Shown: positions 63,753 to 64,000 of the stretch, piece by piece
How the letters are laid out: the number at the start of each line of letters is the position of its first letter
How positions within the stretch are numbered: the stretch's first letter is position 1
Assembly (NCBI GenBank): GCA_963797555.1
Contig: CAWCPV010000004.1
Span: 64,001 to 128,000 of the forward strand
Direction of reading: 5' to 3'
Length of the DNA: 64,000 nt
Origin: an uncultured Gammaproteobacteria bacterium
GTDB taxonomy: Bacteria; Pseudomonadota; Gammaproteobacteria; CAWCPV01
The notes under the pieces: model-generated
The model's input: only the letters and a program-made list of their open reading frames with translations
What the model was told of the DNA's origin: nothing
Databases searched by the model: none
Translations under genes and position numbers: made by a program

Positions 63753-64000
63753 GATCGGTCGAGAAGCTTCTGCTGGCGACGATCCTGTTCTACGTTGGCT
63801 CCCGTTGAGGAAGGGCGCAGCCGACGCGGGCCCGTCTCGGATAACGCGTAAGTCTGGGACCGCGAGGTGCGGAGGCTCACTGACCGGGGCTTGTAACACT
63901 TCGAGCCTCCCGTTGGATGGGGGTGGGGCATCGCCGAATCGCGCACGGTAGCCGGGAACTATTGCCCGTTGCCCGGCTTTGACAGGCTCGAAGCCAATCT

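Noticed and set aside
1-64000. Many long antisense or alternate-frame ORFs (e.g. 7801-9819, 12221-13804, 39587-40390), and any CRISPR, tRNA or rRNA
   Set aside because: These are shadow ORFs expected at high GC over well-supported genes. No regularly spaced repeat array or tRNA/rRNA signature was seen by eye.

Overview
GC-rich, probably gammaproteobacterial chromosome segment (rnfABCDGE, metG, apbC, dcd, rubredoxin-thiD-thiE). From left to right: (1) 0.2-9.2 kb redox cluster (transketolase-like, MOSC-FAD-2Fe2S, UBP zinc finger, quinone oxidoreductase, cupin, cydAB); (2) 9.3-16 kb five-gene envelope signalling operon (FHA-FHA-ABC transporter, Ser/Thr kinase, VWA protein, glycine-zipper lipoprotein, M48 peptidase); (3) 16.5-20.2 kb SqrD-type sulfide:quinone oxidoreductase, a 51-aa ORF and a nine-heme cytochrome c plus cytochrome b pair; (4) Rnf operon and metG; (5) a ~5 kb island between the normally adjacent divergent metG and apbC, carrying a four-gene operon (hypothetical, QueC/QatC-like, XRE-ImmA/IrrE peptidase, PIN) behind a near-consensus sigma70 promoter, which is the best candidate for an undescribed defence system; (6) apbC, dcd, rubredoxin, thiDE; (7) a Hyf-like Ehr complex lacking NiFe ligands; (8) mixed accessory genes including an EAL-CZB protein; (9) 54.7-64 kb of nested and chimeric IS fragments (IS4, IS1634, IS3, unclassified, IS110 with a candidate bridge RNA, IS21). 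Many genes, including metG, carry single-base frameshifts that look like sequencing or assembly errors. Two apparent fusions in the ORF track (ABC+kinase, hyfE+hyfF) are artefacts of these. Family assignments come from motifs recognised by eye, not database searches. No tRNA, rRNA or CRISPR array was seen.
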